Below are positions 34,864-45,070 of a stretch of 64,000 nt of DNA, one piece after another. The notes below the pieces were generated by a model. The model did no database searches. It had not been told where the DNA came from and worked only from the letters and a program-made list of their open reading frames with translations. The stretch comes from an uncultured Verrucomicrobiae bacterium. GTDB taxonomy: Bacteria; Verrucomicrobiota; Verrucomicrobiia; Limisphaerales; UBA11358. The position numbers and the translations under genes were made by a program. The DNA is taken from the NCBI GenBank assembly GCA_963738245.1, contig CAVTWB010000012.1, positions 295,921-359,920 on the forward strand, read 5' to 3'. Each line of letters starts with the position of its first letter. The stretch's first letter is position 1.

Positions 34864-36051
34864 TTACAATTTCCCGCCAAACGCGATCATGGTGCGGATG
34901 ATTTCAGCGATTGCGGTGATTTCCGCCGGCCCGACGGCGGTGCCGGTTGGCAGCACCAGCACGCTGGCGCACAATTTTTCGGTGAACGGCAGATCCTTGC
35001 CGGCCGCCGGGAAAAGTGTCCGATACGGTTCCATCCGGTGGCAGCCGGGATAAAAATACCGGCGGGCAACCACGTTTTCGGCCACCAAAGCCTCAATCAG
35101 ACGGTCCCGGCTGACTCCGCTTGCCGGCTCATCAACTGTTAGGACAACATATTGAAAATTATTCCGGACGGTTTCGGCGTAGGCAAACAGGTTTATGCCG
35201 GGAACGTCCTTCAACGCGCGGCGATAAGCATCGTAGTTGCGACGGTTGACGGCGATAAACTCATCCAGGCTTTCCAGCGAAGTCAGTCCCATCGCGGCGG
35301 AAATTTCGCTCATTTTGCCGTTGGTGCCCCAACTGACCACCTTGTCAAAACCGGCGAAGCCGAAATTTTTCATCAGCCGGAGCCGGGCCGCCAGGCCGTC
35401 ATCATTGGTTGTCACCGCGCCGCCTTCAAACGAGTTGATGAACTTGGTGCCGTGAAAGCTGAAAACTTCCGCCAGCCCGAAGCCGCCCACGGGCTGTGTG
35501 CCGATGGCGCAGCCGGTGGCGTGGGCGGCGTCGAACAGGAGCGCCAGCCGGTGTCGGCGGGCAAGGCCGGCCAGTTTATCCACGTCGCAGGGGTTGCCCC
35601 ACAAATGCACGGCCAAAATGGCCGAGGTGCGCGGCGTGATCAAGGTTTCCACCTTTGCGGGATCAAGACAATGCGTGGCCGGGTCAATGTCGCAAAACAC
35701 GGGTGTCAACCCGGCGGCGTGGAGGGCATGCACCGTGGCCACAAACGTGAACGCGGGCACGATGACCTCGCCGGATAATTTTGCGGCGCGAACCGTCAGT
35801 TCCAGCGCCACCGTGGCGTTGCAAAAGGCGATGGCGTGGCGCGTCCCGGCGAGCGCGGCCAGGCGCGCTTCAAATTCCAGCGCGCAAGGACCCTCGTTGG
35901 TCAGCCAGCGGCGATCCAGAATTTCATCCAGCCGTTGGTGCAACCGCTGGCGGTCGCCGATGTTGGGCCTGCCGACGTGCAGTTTCTCGGCGAAAGCCGG
36001 CACGCCGCCAAAGAGCGCCAGATCGGTCAGTTTCGTTTTCACGTTCTTCAC
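34864..36051 (-). CDS. DegT/DnrJ/EryC1/StrS-family sugar aminotransferase
   Basis: 395 aa. AFCNATVALELTV, FSFHGTKFINSFEGGAVTTND. 4-nt overlap with the upstream acetyltransferase gene. Confidence 0.8.
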   Translation of the reverse strand: MKNVKTKLTDLALFGGVPAFAEKLHVGRPNIGDRQRLHQRLDEILDRRWLTNEGPCALEFEARLAALAGTRHAIAFCNATVALELTVRAAKLSGEVIVPAFTFVATVHALHAAGLTPVFCDIDPATHCLDPAKVETLITPRTSAILAVHLWGNPCDVDKLAGLARRHRLALLFDAAHATGCAIGTQPVGGFGLAEVFSFHGTKFINSFEGGAVTTNDDGLAARLRLMKNFGFAGFDKVVSWGTNGKMSEISAAMGLTSLESLDEFIAVNRRNYDAYRRALKDVPGINLFAYAETVRNNFQYVVLTVDEPASGVSRDRLIEALVAENVVARRYFYPGCHRMEPYRTLFPAAGKDLPFTEKLCASVLVLPTGTAVGPAEITAIAEIIRTMIAFGGKL

Positions 36052-36671
36052 GAAGGCGAGGTTCGCGGCGGCCGCTGATTTTTGGGAATGTAGTGTCCGC
36101 GGGCGTCATACAAATCGCGGCGCAGTTGGGCTTCGAGTTCCAGGATGCGTTCCGGCGGGCGCGGCTTCAACGGTCGCGCCGGCGAGCCGACGTAAATGGT
36201 CCACGGCTCGCAATCGTTCAGCACGAGCGAATTCGCCCCGACCGCGGTGCCTTCGCCGATGGTGACCCCCGGCAGGAGGACGGAATTGGCACCGACGATG
36301 GAATGTTTTTTCAGGCTGACGAAAGTTCTTTCCGGCTGGCGGTAAGGATGCGGAACGGCGGAATTGGTCATGGAGTTGCCCAGAAAATCGTCGGTTCCCG
36401 TGAACACCCGGATGCCGCTGGAAAGCGTCGCAAAATCTTCCATGACAAATTCCCCGCCGCCGGTGATGGAGGTGAACGAGGCAATGTGAATGAAGCTGCC
36501 GATAACGGTTTTTTTTCCGCCCATGAGGAAAACAAAATCGTCAATGATCACCGAGTCGCCCAGCGAAATGGTTTCCGGTGAAATGATCCGGGCCAGCGGC
36601 CAGAGGGCGACATCGGCTCCGCGCCGGGCGAACCGCAGTTGATCGTTTGGGTTGGTCATCGGTTCAGTCAA
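36048..36671 (-). CDS. left-handed beta-helix (hexapeptide-repeat) sugar acetyltransferase
   Basis: Hexapeptide-like IGSFIHIASFTSITGGG, IVGANSVLLPGVTIGEGTAVGANSLV. Confidence 0.75.
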   Translation of the reverse strand: MTEPMTNPNDQLRFARRGADVALWPLARIISPETISLGDSVIIDDFVFLMGGKKTVIGSFIHIASFTSITGGGEFVMEDFATLSSGIRVFTGTDDFLGNSMTNSAVPHPYRQPERTFVSLKKHSIVGANSVLLPGVTIGEGTAVGANSLVLNDCEPWTIYVGSPARPLKPRPPERILELEAQLRRDLYDARGHYIPKNQRPPRTSPS

Positions 36672-36676
36672 TCATT

Positions 36677-37867
36677 TCAAGTCTGCAGGGCTTTTTCCAT
36701 GACTTTGAAGCGCGGCTCCATCTGGGAGGCAAAATCAAAGACGCGGCGGAAGCTGGCCTGCCCGCGTTTCGCGAGCGCATACAGTTCTTGCGGATGGTCA
36801 TAATAATGCTCAACGCATTTGGAAATTTCAGCCACATCGCGGTTGATGATAATGATGTCAACGCCATCGCGAAAGGCTACGTTTTGTTTCAAGTCGTCCG
36901 TCGCCGCCACGGCCACGCCGGACATGCCCGCCTCGATGCAGCAGCCCGTGGGAAACCCGTCAAATGCGCCCGGGTGGAGGATAAATGACGCGTTGGGCGA
37001 AAGAATCATTTCCATGCGGCTGTAAAATTCGCCGAAAAATTCAGGGTTCCGCGAGCCGTAAAAAATGATGCGGTCGCCAAGCCCGGCGACGTCCAGATCC
37101 TCTTTTGAAAATGGGCCGACGACATGAAACCGCGCCCGTGGACAGGAGCGGGCAAGATTTTTGGCGGTCGCCACAAAAAGATCATACCCCTTGTCCCGCC
37201 CCTGGGGCATGTATTTGTGCGCCACAAAACACAGGTCGAAGGTGTCCTTGGATTCGCCAAAATGTTTTTGTTCCGGCGCGGCACTGCCGGTGGCATGACA
37301 CGGAAAAGCCCCGCCATAAATGAACTCGATTTTTTCGGCCGGACAAATCCCGTTTTCCAGCAGGTAGTCGCGGGTCACGTTCTGGGTTGCAATCAGCTTG
37401 CGGAAATTTTTGGAAGAGCAGACGCGCTTCAAGCGTTCGTCGCATTCCTTGTCCCGCAATCGCAGGCCGCCGCCGGGATAAAGCGTGAAGACAAAGCCGG
37501 CTCCGGCCCGTTCCGCCAGCGGCAGAACCCAGCGGGCATTGTTGATGAACATGCAGCAGGCGATTTTCGGTTTCACGCCCCGAAATCCGGGAAAGGCCGA
37601 GACGCGTTCTTTAAACTGCGGATAATTTCCGGCGTATTCGGCCAGCACTTCTTTGAACGTCCGGCTTTTGCCGGTCGTCGGCACAGCGCCGCCGGTGGAA
37701 TAGGCCCGGCAACTGGAAAAGCGGCCGAGGTAGGCGTTGTATTCCGCCAGCCGGAAGGCCGACAGCGGGTGCGGAAAGACGTCGTCGAAAATCGCCACGT
37801 CCACCTCCGTTTTGGGCAGGAAAATTTGTGAAAGCCGGCGCAGGGATCTGTTAAGTTTCTTGCTCAT
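36677..37867 (-). CDS. glycosyltransferase, GT4/GT1-like fold
   Basis: C-terminal half DGFPTGCCIEAGMSGVAVAATDD resembles the GT4 nucleotide-sugar-binding region. No stronger motif seen. Confidence 0.55.
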   Translation of the reverse strand: MSKKLNRSLRRLSQIFLPKTEVDVAIFDDVFPHPLSAFRLAEYNAYLGRFSSCRAYSTGGAVPTTGKSRTFKEVLAEYAGNYPQFKERVSAFPGFRGVKPKIACCMFINNARWVLPLAERAGAGFVFTLYPGGGLRLRDKECDERLKRVCSSKNFRKLIATQNVTRDYLLENGICPAEKIEFIYGGAFPCHATGSAAPEQKHFGESKDTFDLCFVAHKYMPQGRDKGYDLFVATAKNLARSCPRARFHVVGPFSKEDLDVAGLGDRIIFYGSRNPEFFGEFYSRMEMILSPNASFILHPGAFDGFPTGCCIEAGMSGVAVAATDDLKQNVAFRDGVDIIIINRDVAEISKCVEHYYDHPQELYALAKRGQASFRRVFDFASQMEPRFKVMEKALQT

Positions 37868-37908
37868 GTCCGGCTTTCAACCAGTGGAAGTTGACCGATG
37901 CAGTCTGG

Positions 37909-38607
37909 TCACCCCCTGCCCGCGAACCCGAGCAGAAATTTCATCCATGCACATTTCATTTGCGATTTCATGTCCCAGAACACGGCGTAGTCGTTCATCG
38001 CATCAACACGCTGGAACACCCGGGTCAGGCGGGCGGCCACCTGGTTGTAAGCCGGCTTGACGGATTCCCAACTGACGTCATCCATCACGATGAATCCTTC
38101 CGACTTGAGCAACGGCAGGTATAGCTCCACGTCTTTCAAAACCGGTGCCGTGTCGTGGTTGCCATCAATGTGGATGAGATCGAAGGTGATTTTGTTTTGT
38201 GCAAACCAACCGGCCGCTGCCGCCGAGGTCATTCTCACCAATTGACAATGATTTTCAAATCCGCCCGCCGTTCGCAGCCGGTCCACCTCCCGGTAAATCG
38301 CTTCAAAATCCGTCTCGCCCAGAAAGCGGTCAATTCTCTCCTTTAACTGGACATTGTCTTTTTCCCTGGCCAGATCGTTCGACCAGGGATCAACCCCGTA
38401 AGCCGTCCCGCCGGTGAATTCCTTGTGTGCCAAAGCCTGCGGTAAAAGGCTCCGGCCACGATAGACCCCGATGTCCAGCGAGGTTTTCATCCGGAACCGG
38501 CGGATGAGATACGCCATCACGCTGGCCTTGCTGACGCTGCATCCGCCGCCGAAGTCAATCGGCACCTGGGCCAGCAGGCTGTTAATTTGGGAGCGAAGTG
38601 GTTTCAT
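37909..38607 (-). CDS. class I SAM-dependent methyltransferase (Methyltransf_24-like)
   Basis: SLDIGVYRGRSLL, FDLIHIDGNHDTAPVLKDVELYLPLLKSEGFIVMDDV. Confidence 0.65.
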   Translation of the reverse strand: MKPLRSQINSLLAQVPIDFGGGCSVSKASVMAYLIRRFRMKTSLDIGVYRGRSLLPQALAHKEFTGGTAYGVDPWSNDLAREKDNVQLKERIDRFLGETDFEAIYREVDRLRTAGGFENHCQLVRMTSAAAAGWFAQNKITFDLIHIDGNHDTAPVLKDVELYLPLLKSEGFIVMDDVSWESVKPAYNQVAARLTRVFQRVDAMNDYAVFWDMKSQMKCAWMKFLLGFAGRG

Positions 38608-39119
38608 AAAAATTCCGCGAGGCGGTTTGAGCGCTTGCCCGGCAGGTCAAACCCGCGTGGCCGGAGTGCGTCACAAAAAAGATTTCGGGAAATTTTCAGG
38701 AGCGACGAAACATTCCTTTCGCGAACAACCTCAGTGATTCTCCCCCGCAGATTGAGGAATTTGTCGAAAAGCTGTCCCGCCCCATTCCGCCGGCAACCTT
38801 TCACAAACGGCTTTGCCCGCTTTGCTGTGAACATCGGGCGATGCTACCGAAACAACTGCAAAATTCCAAACAATTTTCCCAGCGGCCAAATCCATTCCGG
38901 CAGGGCCGGAGAAGCGCTTCAGACTTTTGGCCGCCGCCGTTTGCCAGCTTGGCTTCGGTGGTGCTGGCGTCAAAACGCCGCCATTTCACTGGCAAAAAAT
39001 GCGAACATTGTGCCGGCTCCCTGTCTTCCTGCCATGCCGCAACCCAAAAGCACCTTGAATTTCCAACGGTTCCAGTCAAACTGCGAACGGAAAACCTTTT
39101 TTGCAATTTTGCCAGACGC

Positions 39120-40085
39120 ATGGCCATGAAAAAAATCCGGATCGATTTTTGTGACTGGGGCGACAACGTCAATAAGACTGAACTGCTCCTGTTCAAGGTG
39201 CTGTCGGAGCGGTTTCATCTGGAATTGTGCGTCCAGCCGGATTTTTTGATCTATGGTCACGGCGGCCACTCGCACCGGCTTCAGTCCGGGATCAAAATTT
39301 CTTTTTCGGGCGAATCCTTTATGCCGGATTATCGGGAGTGCGATTACTCCCTCGGCTCGGTCGGCCTCAACGATCCGCGCCATTTGCAACTGCCTTTCTA
39401 CGTGTCTTACGGCGATCCGCAGCAACTCATCAAGCAGAACGACGACCACCGCCGCATTCTGGCCGCCAAGACAAAATTTTGCAGCTTCGTCATCGGCGGC
39501 TACAACCCGCGCAAGAACGGAAACCGCGTGGAGTTCTTTCGCAAGCTCTCCAAATACAAAAAGGTGGACAGCGGCGGGCGCAAGTTCAACAACATCGGCG
39601 GCCCTATTCCATGGGGATCAGATCACAAGATTGAATTTCTGCGCCAATACAAGTTCAACATTGCCTTTGAAAATCGGTCGCTGGCGGGCTACGCGACGGA
39701 AAAAATCTTTGAGCCGATGGTGGCGCGCTGCCTGCCCATTTACTGGGGCGATCCCACCATCGCCGGGCAGTTCAACCCGCGCAGCTTCCTCAACCGCGCG
39801 GATTTCGCCAGCAACGAGGCGCTCATCGAAAAAATCATCGAGCTGGACAAAGACGACGAAAAATATCTTGAATACATGCGCCATCCGTATTTTCACGATG
39901 ACCAGCCGAATCAGTTTTTCAGCCACCAACGGATACTCGACTTCTTCGAAAAAATCTTTTCGACAAAAATCACTCCTGTGTCCCAGCGAAAAGGCAAATG
40001 GCATTTCCTGCGGCGCCTCCTTTTTGGCCGCTGGATAATCGTCAAACCCTACCATTGGCACAAGATGGAAGCTGATGGCTGGTAA
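39120..40085 (+). CDS. glycosyltransferase family 10 (alpha-1,3/4-fucosyltransferase-like)
   Basis: KFCSFVIGGYNPRKNGNRVEFF..VDSGG and FLRQYKFNIAFENRSLAGYATEKIFEPMVARCLPIYWGDPTIAGQFNPRSFLN closely match the GT10 signature known from Helicobacter FutA. Start trimmed to MAMKKIRIDF. Confidence 0.8.
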   Translation: MAMKKIRIDFCDWGDNVNKTELLLFKVLSERFHLELCVQPDFLIYGHGGHSHRLQSGIKISFSGESFMPDYRECDYSLGSVGLNDPRHLQLPFYVSYGDPQQLIKQNDDHRRILAAKTKFCSFVIGGYNPRKNGNRVEFFRKLSKYKKVDSGGRKFNNIGGPIPWGSDHKIEFLRQYKFNIAFENRSLAGYATEKIFEPMVARCLPIYWGDPTIAGQFNPRSFLNRADFASNEALIEKIIELDKDDEKYLEYMRHPYFHDDQPNQFFSHQRILDFFEKIFSTKITPVSQRKGKWHFLRRLLFGRWIIVKPYHWHKMEADGW

Positions 40086-40096
40086 ATTATGACAAC

Positions 40097-41155
40097 ATGA
40101 CGGACACGCCGGAAAACTTTCTCGCCCGCACCCGGTCCGCTCGCAAGGTGATGGTGCTCGACCTCGGCTTTCTCGGCGACACGGTTCACATGCTGCCGGC
40201 GCTGTGGATGGTGCGGCAGGCGTATCCGCAGGCCGAACTTCACGTGGCCGTTTCCTCGCAGGTCGTGTCCTTCATGGAATGCGTTCCGTGGGTGGACCGC
40301 GTTTGGGGCTACATGCGCTATCCGCGTCATGCCACGTTGCGCGAAAATTTCCAGTTCGTCGCCGGGCTGCGTCGGGAAAAATTCGACGTGCTGATCAACT
40401 TGAATGGTTCGGACCGGTCAAGCTGGCTGACATTTTTCAGCGGGTCGCGCGAACGGCTGGGGCGCTTGCCGGGCGACGGTGGCCCGCCGTTTTGGAAACA
40501 AAGGTTCACGGCGCACGTTTCGTATCCGTTCGGCGGCCAGCCAGTTTATCTGCAACGCTGCCGCTGTCTGGAGCTGGCGGGCTTTCCGTTCACGCAGCCC
40601 GAATTTCACGTCGAAATCAAACCGGAACATCTGGCGGCGGCGGGACTTTCGGAGGCGGATGCCGGCAGTTATTTTCATTTAAGCCCGTTCACGACGGACG
40701 ACCGCAAGGAATTGCGGCCGGAACAACTCACTGAACTTATCCATTCGCTCGAAACCCGCTGGCCGGAGAAAAAGTTGATTCTCTCCTGCGCGCCCAACGA
40801 ACGTGAGCGCGGCAAACTGGACGCGCTGCTGCGCGGCCTGCCGCGCAAACCGTGGCGCGTGTTTGCCGGCGATTTGAATTTGATGCAACTGGCCGCCGTC
40901 ATCCAGCACAGCGCCGTGCATCTTTGCGGCGACACCGGCACGCTGCACATGGCGCTGATGACCGGCACGCCGACGGTGTCCTGGTTCCGGCCCAATCCCG
41001 GTGCGGAAGAGTGGATTCCTGTCGGCCCCCGCCACCGCACGCTGATGGGCACGGGCGCTGACCGTCACGCGGCGTTGCAAGGCATTGTGATCCGAGATTT
41101 GGTCAACTCGGTTGAAACTGTGCTGCAAACGCCGGTTCCGCAGCCGCGAAATTAG
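40097..41155 (+). CDS. glycosyltransferase family 9 (heptosyltransferase-like)
   Basis: VMVLDLGFLGDTVHMLPALWMV, HLCGDTGTLHMALMTGTPTVSWF. Confidence 0.8.
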   Translation: MTDTPENFLARTRSARKVMVLDLGFLGDTVHMLPALWMVRQAYPQAELHVAVSSQVVSFMECVPWVDRVWGYMRYPRHATLRENFQFVAGLRREKFDVLINLNGSDRSSWLTFFSGSRERLGRLPGDGGPPFWKQRFTAHVSYPFGGQPVYLQRCRCLELAGFPFTQPEFHVEIKPEHLAAAGLSEADAGSYFHLSPFTTDDRKELRPEQLTELIHSLETRWPEKKLILSCAPNERERGKLDALLRGLPRKPWRVFAGDLNLMQLAAVIQHSAVHLCGDTGTLHMALMTGTPTVSWFRPNPGAEEWIPVGPRHRTLMGTGADRHAALQGIVIRDLVNSVETVLQTPVPQPRN

Positions 41156-41210
41156 AATGGCGTCTTGAATAATAGTTTGCGCCTTGTAGGATTATTGGCG
41201 GAAAAAACTC

Positions 41211-41969
41211 ATGCCGACACCCGTCAGCCTTTACATCATCACCTTCAACGAGGCGCAAAATCTTCGTGAAGTGCTGCCGACGGTTTCGTGGGCGGACGAA
41301 GTCGTGGTCGTGGATTCGTTCAGCACCGACGACACGGCGGCGGTCTGCGCGCAATTCGGCGCGCGGCATGTGAACGTCAAATTCGAGGGCTTCGGAAAAT
41401 TGCGCAACGATGCGCTCGCCTTGCTGAAGCACGACTGGGTCGTGAGCATTGATTCCGACGAGCGCAGCACGCCGGAATTTGCCGCCGAAGTCCGGGGGAA
41501 ATTAATCAAACCAAAGTGCGCAGCATATTTCGTGCCGCGCCGGAATTTTTTCCTCGGACATCCTGTTCATCATTGCGGCCTTTATCCTGATTACCGCCAG
41601 CCGCAAGTTTTCGACCGCCGCCAGTTCCGTTACCGCGAGGACTTGGTGCATGAAGGTTTTGAATGTTCCGGCGTCGTCGGCCATTTCGAGCACGCTGTTC
41701 TGCAGCATCCCTGGCCGACATTGGCGGTCGTGCTGTCCAAAACCGACCGTTACACCACGCTGATGGCGAAGCGGTATTTTGAAGCGGGCCGCCGCGCCGG
41801 TTTTCGCGAGTTGGCGCTGAACCCGGTCGGCGCGTTTCTGAAAAAATATGTTGCGCAGCAGGGTTTCCGCGAAGGCGCCGTCGGCTTCCTGGTCAGCGCG
41901 CTGCACGGCTATTACACCTTTTTGAAATACGCCAAACTTTGGGAGCTGCAAAACAAATCCGTGCCGTGA
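41211..41969 (+). CDS. glycosyltransferase family 2
   Basis: VSLYIITFNEAQNLREVLPTVSWADEVVVVDSFSTDDT .. SIDSDE. Confidence 0.8.
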   Translation: MPTPVSLYIITFNEAQNLREVLPTVSWADEVVVVDSFSTDDTAAVCAQFGARHVNVKFEGFGKLRNDALALLKHDWVVSIDSDERSTPEFAAEVRGKLIKPKCAAYFVPRRNFFLGHPVHHCGLYPDYRQPQVFDRRQFRYREDLVHEGFECSGVVGHFEHAVLQHPWPTLAVVLSKTDRYTTLMAKRYFEAGRRAGFRELALNPVGAFLKKYVAQQGFREGAVGFLVSALHGYYTFLKYAKLWELQNKSVP

Positions 41970-43138
41970 CGCCCCGCCAACATCTGCTGCTCTACGAACC
42001 GCGCACCGAAGGCCATCATCTGGGCTGGCTGCGCTTCATCGCCGAGGATCTGCTCTCCGTCGGACTGCAACTGACGCTGGCCGCCGACTTGCGGCCGGAA
42101 AACGCCGCCAAAGTCCGCAAACAACTCGGCGACCTTCTGTCGGAGATCAAATTGCTCAATGCCTACGACGCAAACGGCAACCGGCACGGCGACCGGAAAA
42201 TGGGTTCCGTCGCCCACTGCCTGCGCGCCAGCGGCGCGGACAATGTTTTCCTGTGCGCGTTTGATGAAATCGCCTCGCACTGCTGGCGTCGCGCAACTTT
42301 TGGCATTTTTCCGCCGGCCGAATTGCGCGGACGGATGGGCGGCATTTATCATCGCCCGCGTTTTTTGGGCGCGCCGCACTGGTCGTTTGACCGCTGGCTC
42401 AAGGAGCCTGGATTCCGGCGGCTGATCCAGAACGGCTGGCTGCAACAGCTTTTGTTTGTTGACGAATATCTCGCGCACGATTTGAAGAGACAATTTTCCG
42501 GAGCGCCGTTTTTTTTCCTGCCCGACCCGTGTCCGGCGGGTTATGACGGCGAAAACTGCGCAGCGCGGCAGTCGCTGAATCTGCCGGCGGATAAAAAAAT
42601 CTTTTTGTTTTACGGTGGCGGCTACCGGCGCAAGGGATTGCATCTGGCCGTGCGCGCCCTGCTGGAGTTGGCTGCGGATTCCCCCGCGTTTCTGCTCTGC
42701 GCCGGCCAGCAGAATCCCTCCGGCGAAACCGCCGCCGGCCTGGAACAGCTCGTTCGCCAGGGCCGTGCCGCGCTTATCAACCGCTACGTTTCGGTGGCGG
42801 AAGAAAAAAACTGCTTTGCCGCCAGCGACGTCGTGCTGCTGCCGTATCTGGATCATTTCGGAACCAGCGGGGTGCTTTCGCGCGCGATGGCGGCGGACAG
42901 ACCGGTCATCGTTTCGAACGAACAATTGCTCGGTCGGCTGACACGCGAACAGCGCCTGGGGCTGTTGTTTCCTTCCGGCGACGTTACGGCGCTGCGTGAA
43001 AAAATCCGGCAGGCGGCCGCTTTTTCGCCAAAGGAAATCAGTGAATTTTCCGCCGCCGCGCGCACTTATGCCCGGCGTTATTCCCGCGAAGCCTACCGTC
43101 GGACGCTTTTGGAATCGCTAGGTCTTACGGGATCTTGA
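41939..43138 (+). CDS. glycosyltransferase, GT4/GT1-like
   Basis: IFLFYGGGYRRKGLHLAV, SDVVLLPYLDHFGTSGVLSRAMAADRPVIVSN. Start uncertain (31-nt overlap with the upstream gene). Confidence 0.6.
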   Translation: MGAAKQIRAVTPRQHLLLYEPRTEGHHLGWLRFIAEDLLSVGLQLTLAADLRPENAAKVRKQLGDLLSEIKLLNAYDANGNRHGDRKMGSVAHCLRASGADNVFLCAFDEIASHCWRRATFGIFPPAELRGRMGGIYHRPRFLGAPHWSFDRWLKEPGFRRLIQNGWLQQLLFVDEYLAHDLKRQFSGAPFFFLPDPCPAGYDGENCAARQSLNLPADKKIFLFYGGGYRRKGLHLAVRALLELAADSPAFLLCAGQQNPSGETAAGLEQLVRQGRAALINRYVSVAEEKNCFAASDVVLLPYLDHFGTSGVLSRAMAADRPVIVSNEQLLGRLTREQRLGLLFPSGDVTALREKIRQAAAFSPKEISEFSAAARTYARRYSREAYRRTLLESLGLTGS

Positions 43139-43155
43139 GCGACACCTTTGATTCC

Positions 43156-44148
43156 ATGAAGAACATCCTGCTCATCCGGCTGAAATCCATCGGCGACGTT
43201 GTTTTGACGCTGCCCGCCGTCAACGTCATCCGCGATAATTTTCCGACGGCAAAAATTACTTTTCTGACGTCGAAGGAAAACACCGGGTTGCTGCGCGGTT
43301 TCCGCGAGGTGAACGACGTCATTGCCGTTGATCGCGCCGCGCTGCGCGGGGGCCATCCGTTGAAAGTCGTCCCGGAATTTTTCGGACTGGTGCGGCGGCT
43401 GCGCGCCGGGAAATTTGACCTCGTCGTGGATTTGCACGGCATTGGCGAAACCGGCTGGCTCGCCCGCGTCACCGGCGCGCCCCAACGCTGGGGGCCGGTG
43501 CAGACCGCCGGGCGCGGCCGGGCTTACACCCGGAAAATCCAACATGCCCCGGAAATTCACGCCGCCGAATGGCACCGGCGGATGCTGGCGCAATGCGGCC
43601 TGAAAATTGGTGAAGTCCGCAATGAATTTGTCCTGCCGGATGCGGCGTTAAATGACGCACGGAACTGGTTCGCAGACCACCAGCTCGATCCGACAAGACC
43701 CACGATCTACCTCCAGCCGTTCACCAGCGCGGCGCATAAAAACTGGCCGCTCGGAAATTATCTCGCCGTCGCCAAGCACTGGCGGGCTGCGGGTCTGCAA
43801 ATAATCATCGGCGGCGGTGCCGCCGACTTTGCCGCGCTGGAGCCGGCGCGGCGGGAAGGACTGGCGGTTTCTGCCGGCGTGCCATTGCTCGTCACCGGCG
43901 GCCTCATGCAACTTTCCACGCTGGTGGCCGGCGGCGACACCGGTGCCTTGCATCTGGCCGTCGCGCTAGGCAAACGGGTTTTGATGCTCATGCACCAATT
44001 ATCGCCCGGCTGTCCGGCGCCTTTCCAGCATCCCGACTGGGTCGTGGCGGCGCCCAGGCCGGAGGCCATCGCGGAAATTTCCGTGGCCGAAGTCAACCTG
44101 GCCGTCGCCCGGATTGTCAATTCACCGGCTGGTAATGCTTTTTGCTAA
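43156..44148 (+). CDS. glycosyltransferase family 9 (heptosyltransferase-like)
   Basis: MKNILLIRLKSIGDVVLTLPAV, LVAGGDTGALHLAVALGKRVLML. ATG at 43156 preferred over the track's TTG at 43135. Confidence 0.8.
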   Translation: MKNILLIRLKSIGDVVLTLPAVNVIRDNFPTAKITFLTSKENTGLLRGFREVNDVIAVDRAALRGGHPLKVVPEFFGLVRRLRAGKFDLVVDLHGIGETGWLARVTGAPQRWGPVQTAGRGRAYTRKIQHAPEIHAAEWHRRMLAQCGLKIGEVRNEFVLPDAALNDARNWFADHQLDPTRPTIYLQPFTSAAHKNWPLGNYLAVAKHWRAAGLQIIIGGGAADFAALEPARREGLAVSAGVPLLVTGGLMQLSTLVAGGDTGALHLAVALGKRVLMLMHQLSPGCPAPFQHPDWVVAAPRPEAIAEISVAEVNLAVARIVNSPAGNAFC

Positions 44149-44992
44149 ACTTCAGGCCGAATTTATTTTCGAGCCACATCATCCGCCGGTGTTTTTTTTC
44201 ACGCGGCGTCAGTCGGTGATTCGGATCCGCCGGAAAAATTCCCGCCGCCGCCGGCAGCCAGTCTTGAATCACTTTCGGATGCGAGCCGGAAAATAATTTC
44301 AACGCGGCGGAATCAATCTGCGAGTAGTCCAGCACCGCCGGCGGATTACGGTTCCAGTATTTTTGCACGCTCGCCGACTTCAAATTCATCTGCGCCTCGC
44401 TGCGCACCCAGCCGTAGTGAAAAATCGTCGCGCCCGTGTGCGCCGCGCGCGGATAGCGCGATTTTTTGTGGCTTTCCACAATGTTGAAAAACAGCGCCTC
44501 GCTCGACCACGCCGGAATCGTGTTGCGGAGGATGCGGACTTCGCTGCGATACCAGCCCGGCGACCACGCGACGGTGTTTTTGTTCCCGTAAAAATGCAGA
44601 TAGTCGAACGCCAGCGCCTCGACGCGTTCGTCGGCCAGGTGTTTTTCCATCGCCGCGCGGATTTTCGGCCGATCATTTTCGTGAAGCACCTCGTCCGCTT
44701 CCAGATAAAACGCCCAGTCGCCGGTGCAGTTGAAGAGCGCGATGGATTTTTGCTGGCCATAGACAAAACCACCCACGCTGTAATCGCCGCGCATTTTTTC
44801 ATTCCACGTCGTTGGGATGATGCGGATTTTCGGGTCGCCGATGTCGCGCACCATTTTTTCCGTGTCGTCGTCGCACGGGCCGAGTGCGATAATGAACTCG
44901 TCCACCAGCGGCAAAATCGAGCGGATGGACGCGACGAACGGATAGCCGAGCTTCTGTCCGTTCCGAAGAAAAGTGAACCCGCTGACTTTCAT
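44117..44992 (-). CDS. glycosyltransferase family 2-like protein
   Basis: MKVSGFTFLRNGQKLGYPFVASIRSILPLVDEFIIALGPCDDDT .. FYLEADE. Confidence 0.6.
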   Translation of the reverse strand: MKVSGFTFLRNGQKLGYPFVASIRSILPLVDEFIIALGPCDDDTEKMVRDIGDPKIRIIPTTWNEKMRGDYSVGGFVYGQQKSIALFNCTGDWAFYLEADEVLHENDRPKIRAAMEKHLADERVEALAFDYLHFYGNKNTVAWSPGWYRSEVRILRNTIPAWSSEALFFNIVESHKKSRYPRAAHTGATIFHYGWVRSEAQMNLKSASVQKYWNRNPPAVLDYSQIDSAALKLFSGSHPKVIQDWLPAAAGIFPADPNHRLTPREKKHRRMMWLENKFGLKFSKKHYQPVN

Positions 44993-45070
44993 TGGCGAAG
45001 TGTCTGGCTTGGTGCTGGAGGTTTCAATGGAAATCAATCGCCGAACATTTTTTCGCCTCGCGGCGCCGGC

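Noticed and set aside
38587-39196. Track ORFs in the methyltransferase/GT10 gap
   Set aside because: They are mutually overlapping, Arg/Ser/Cys-rich and motif-free. The GT10 gene start was trimmed to 39120 (MAMKKIRIDF).
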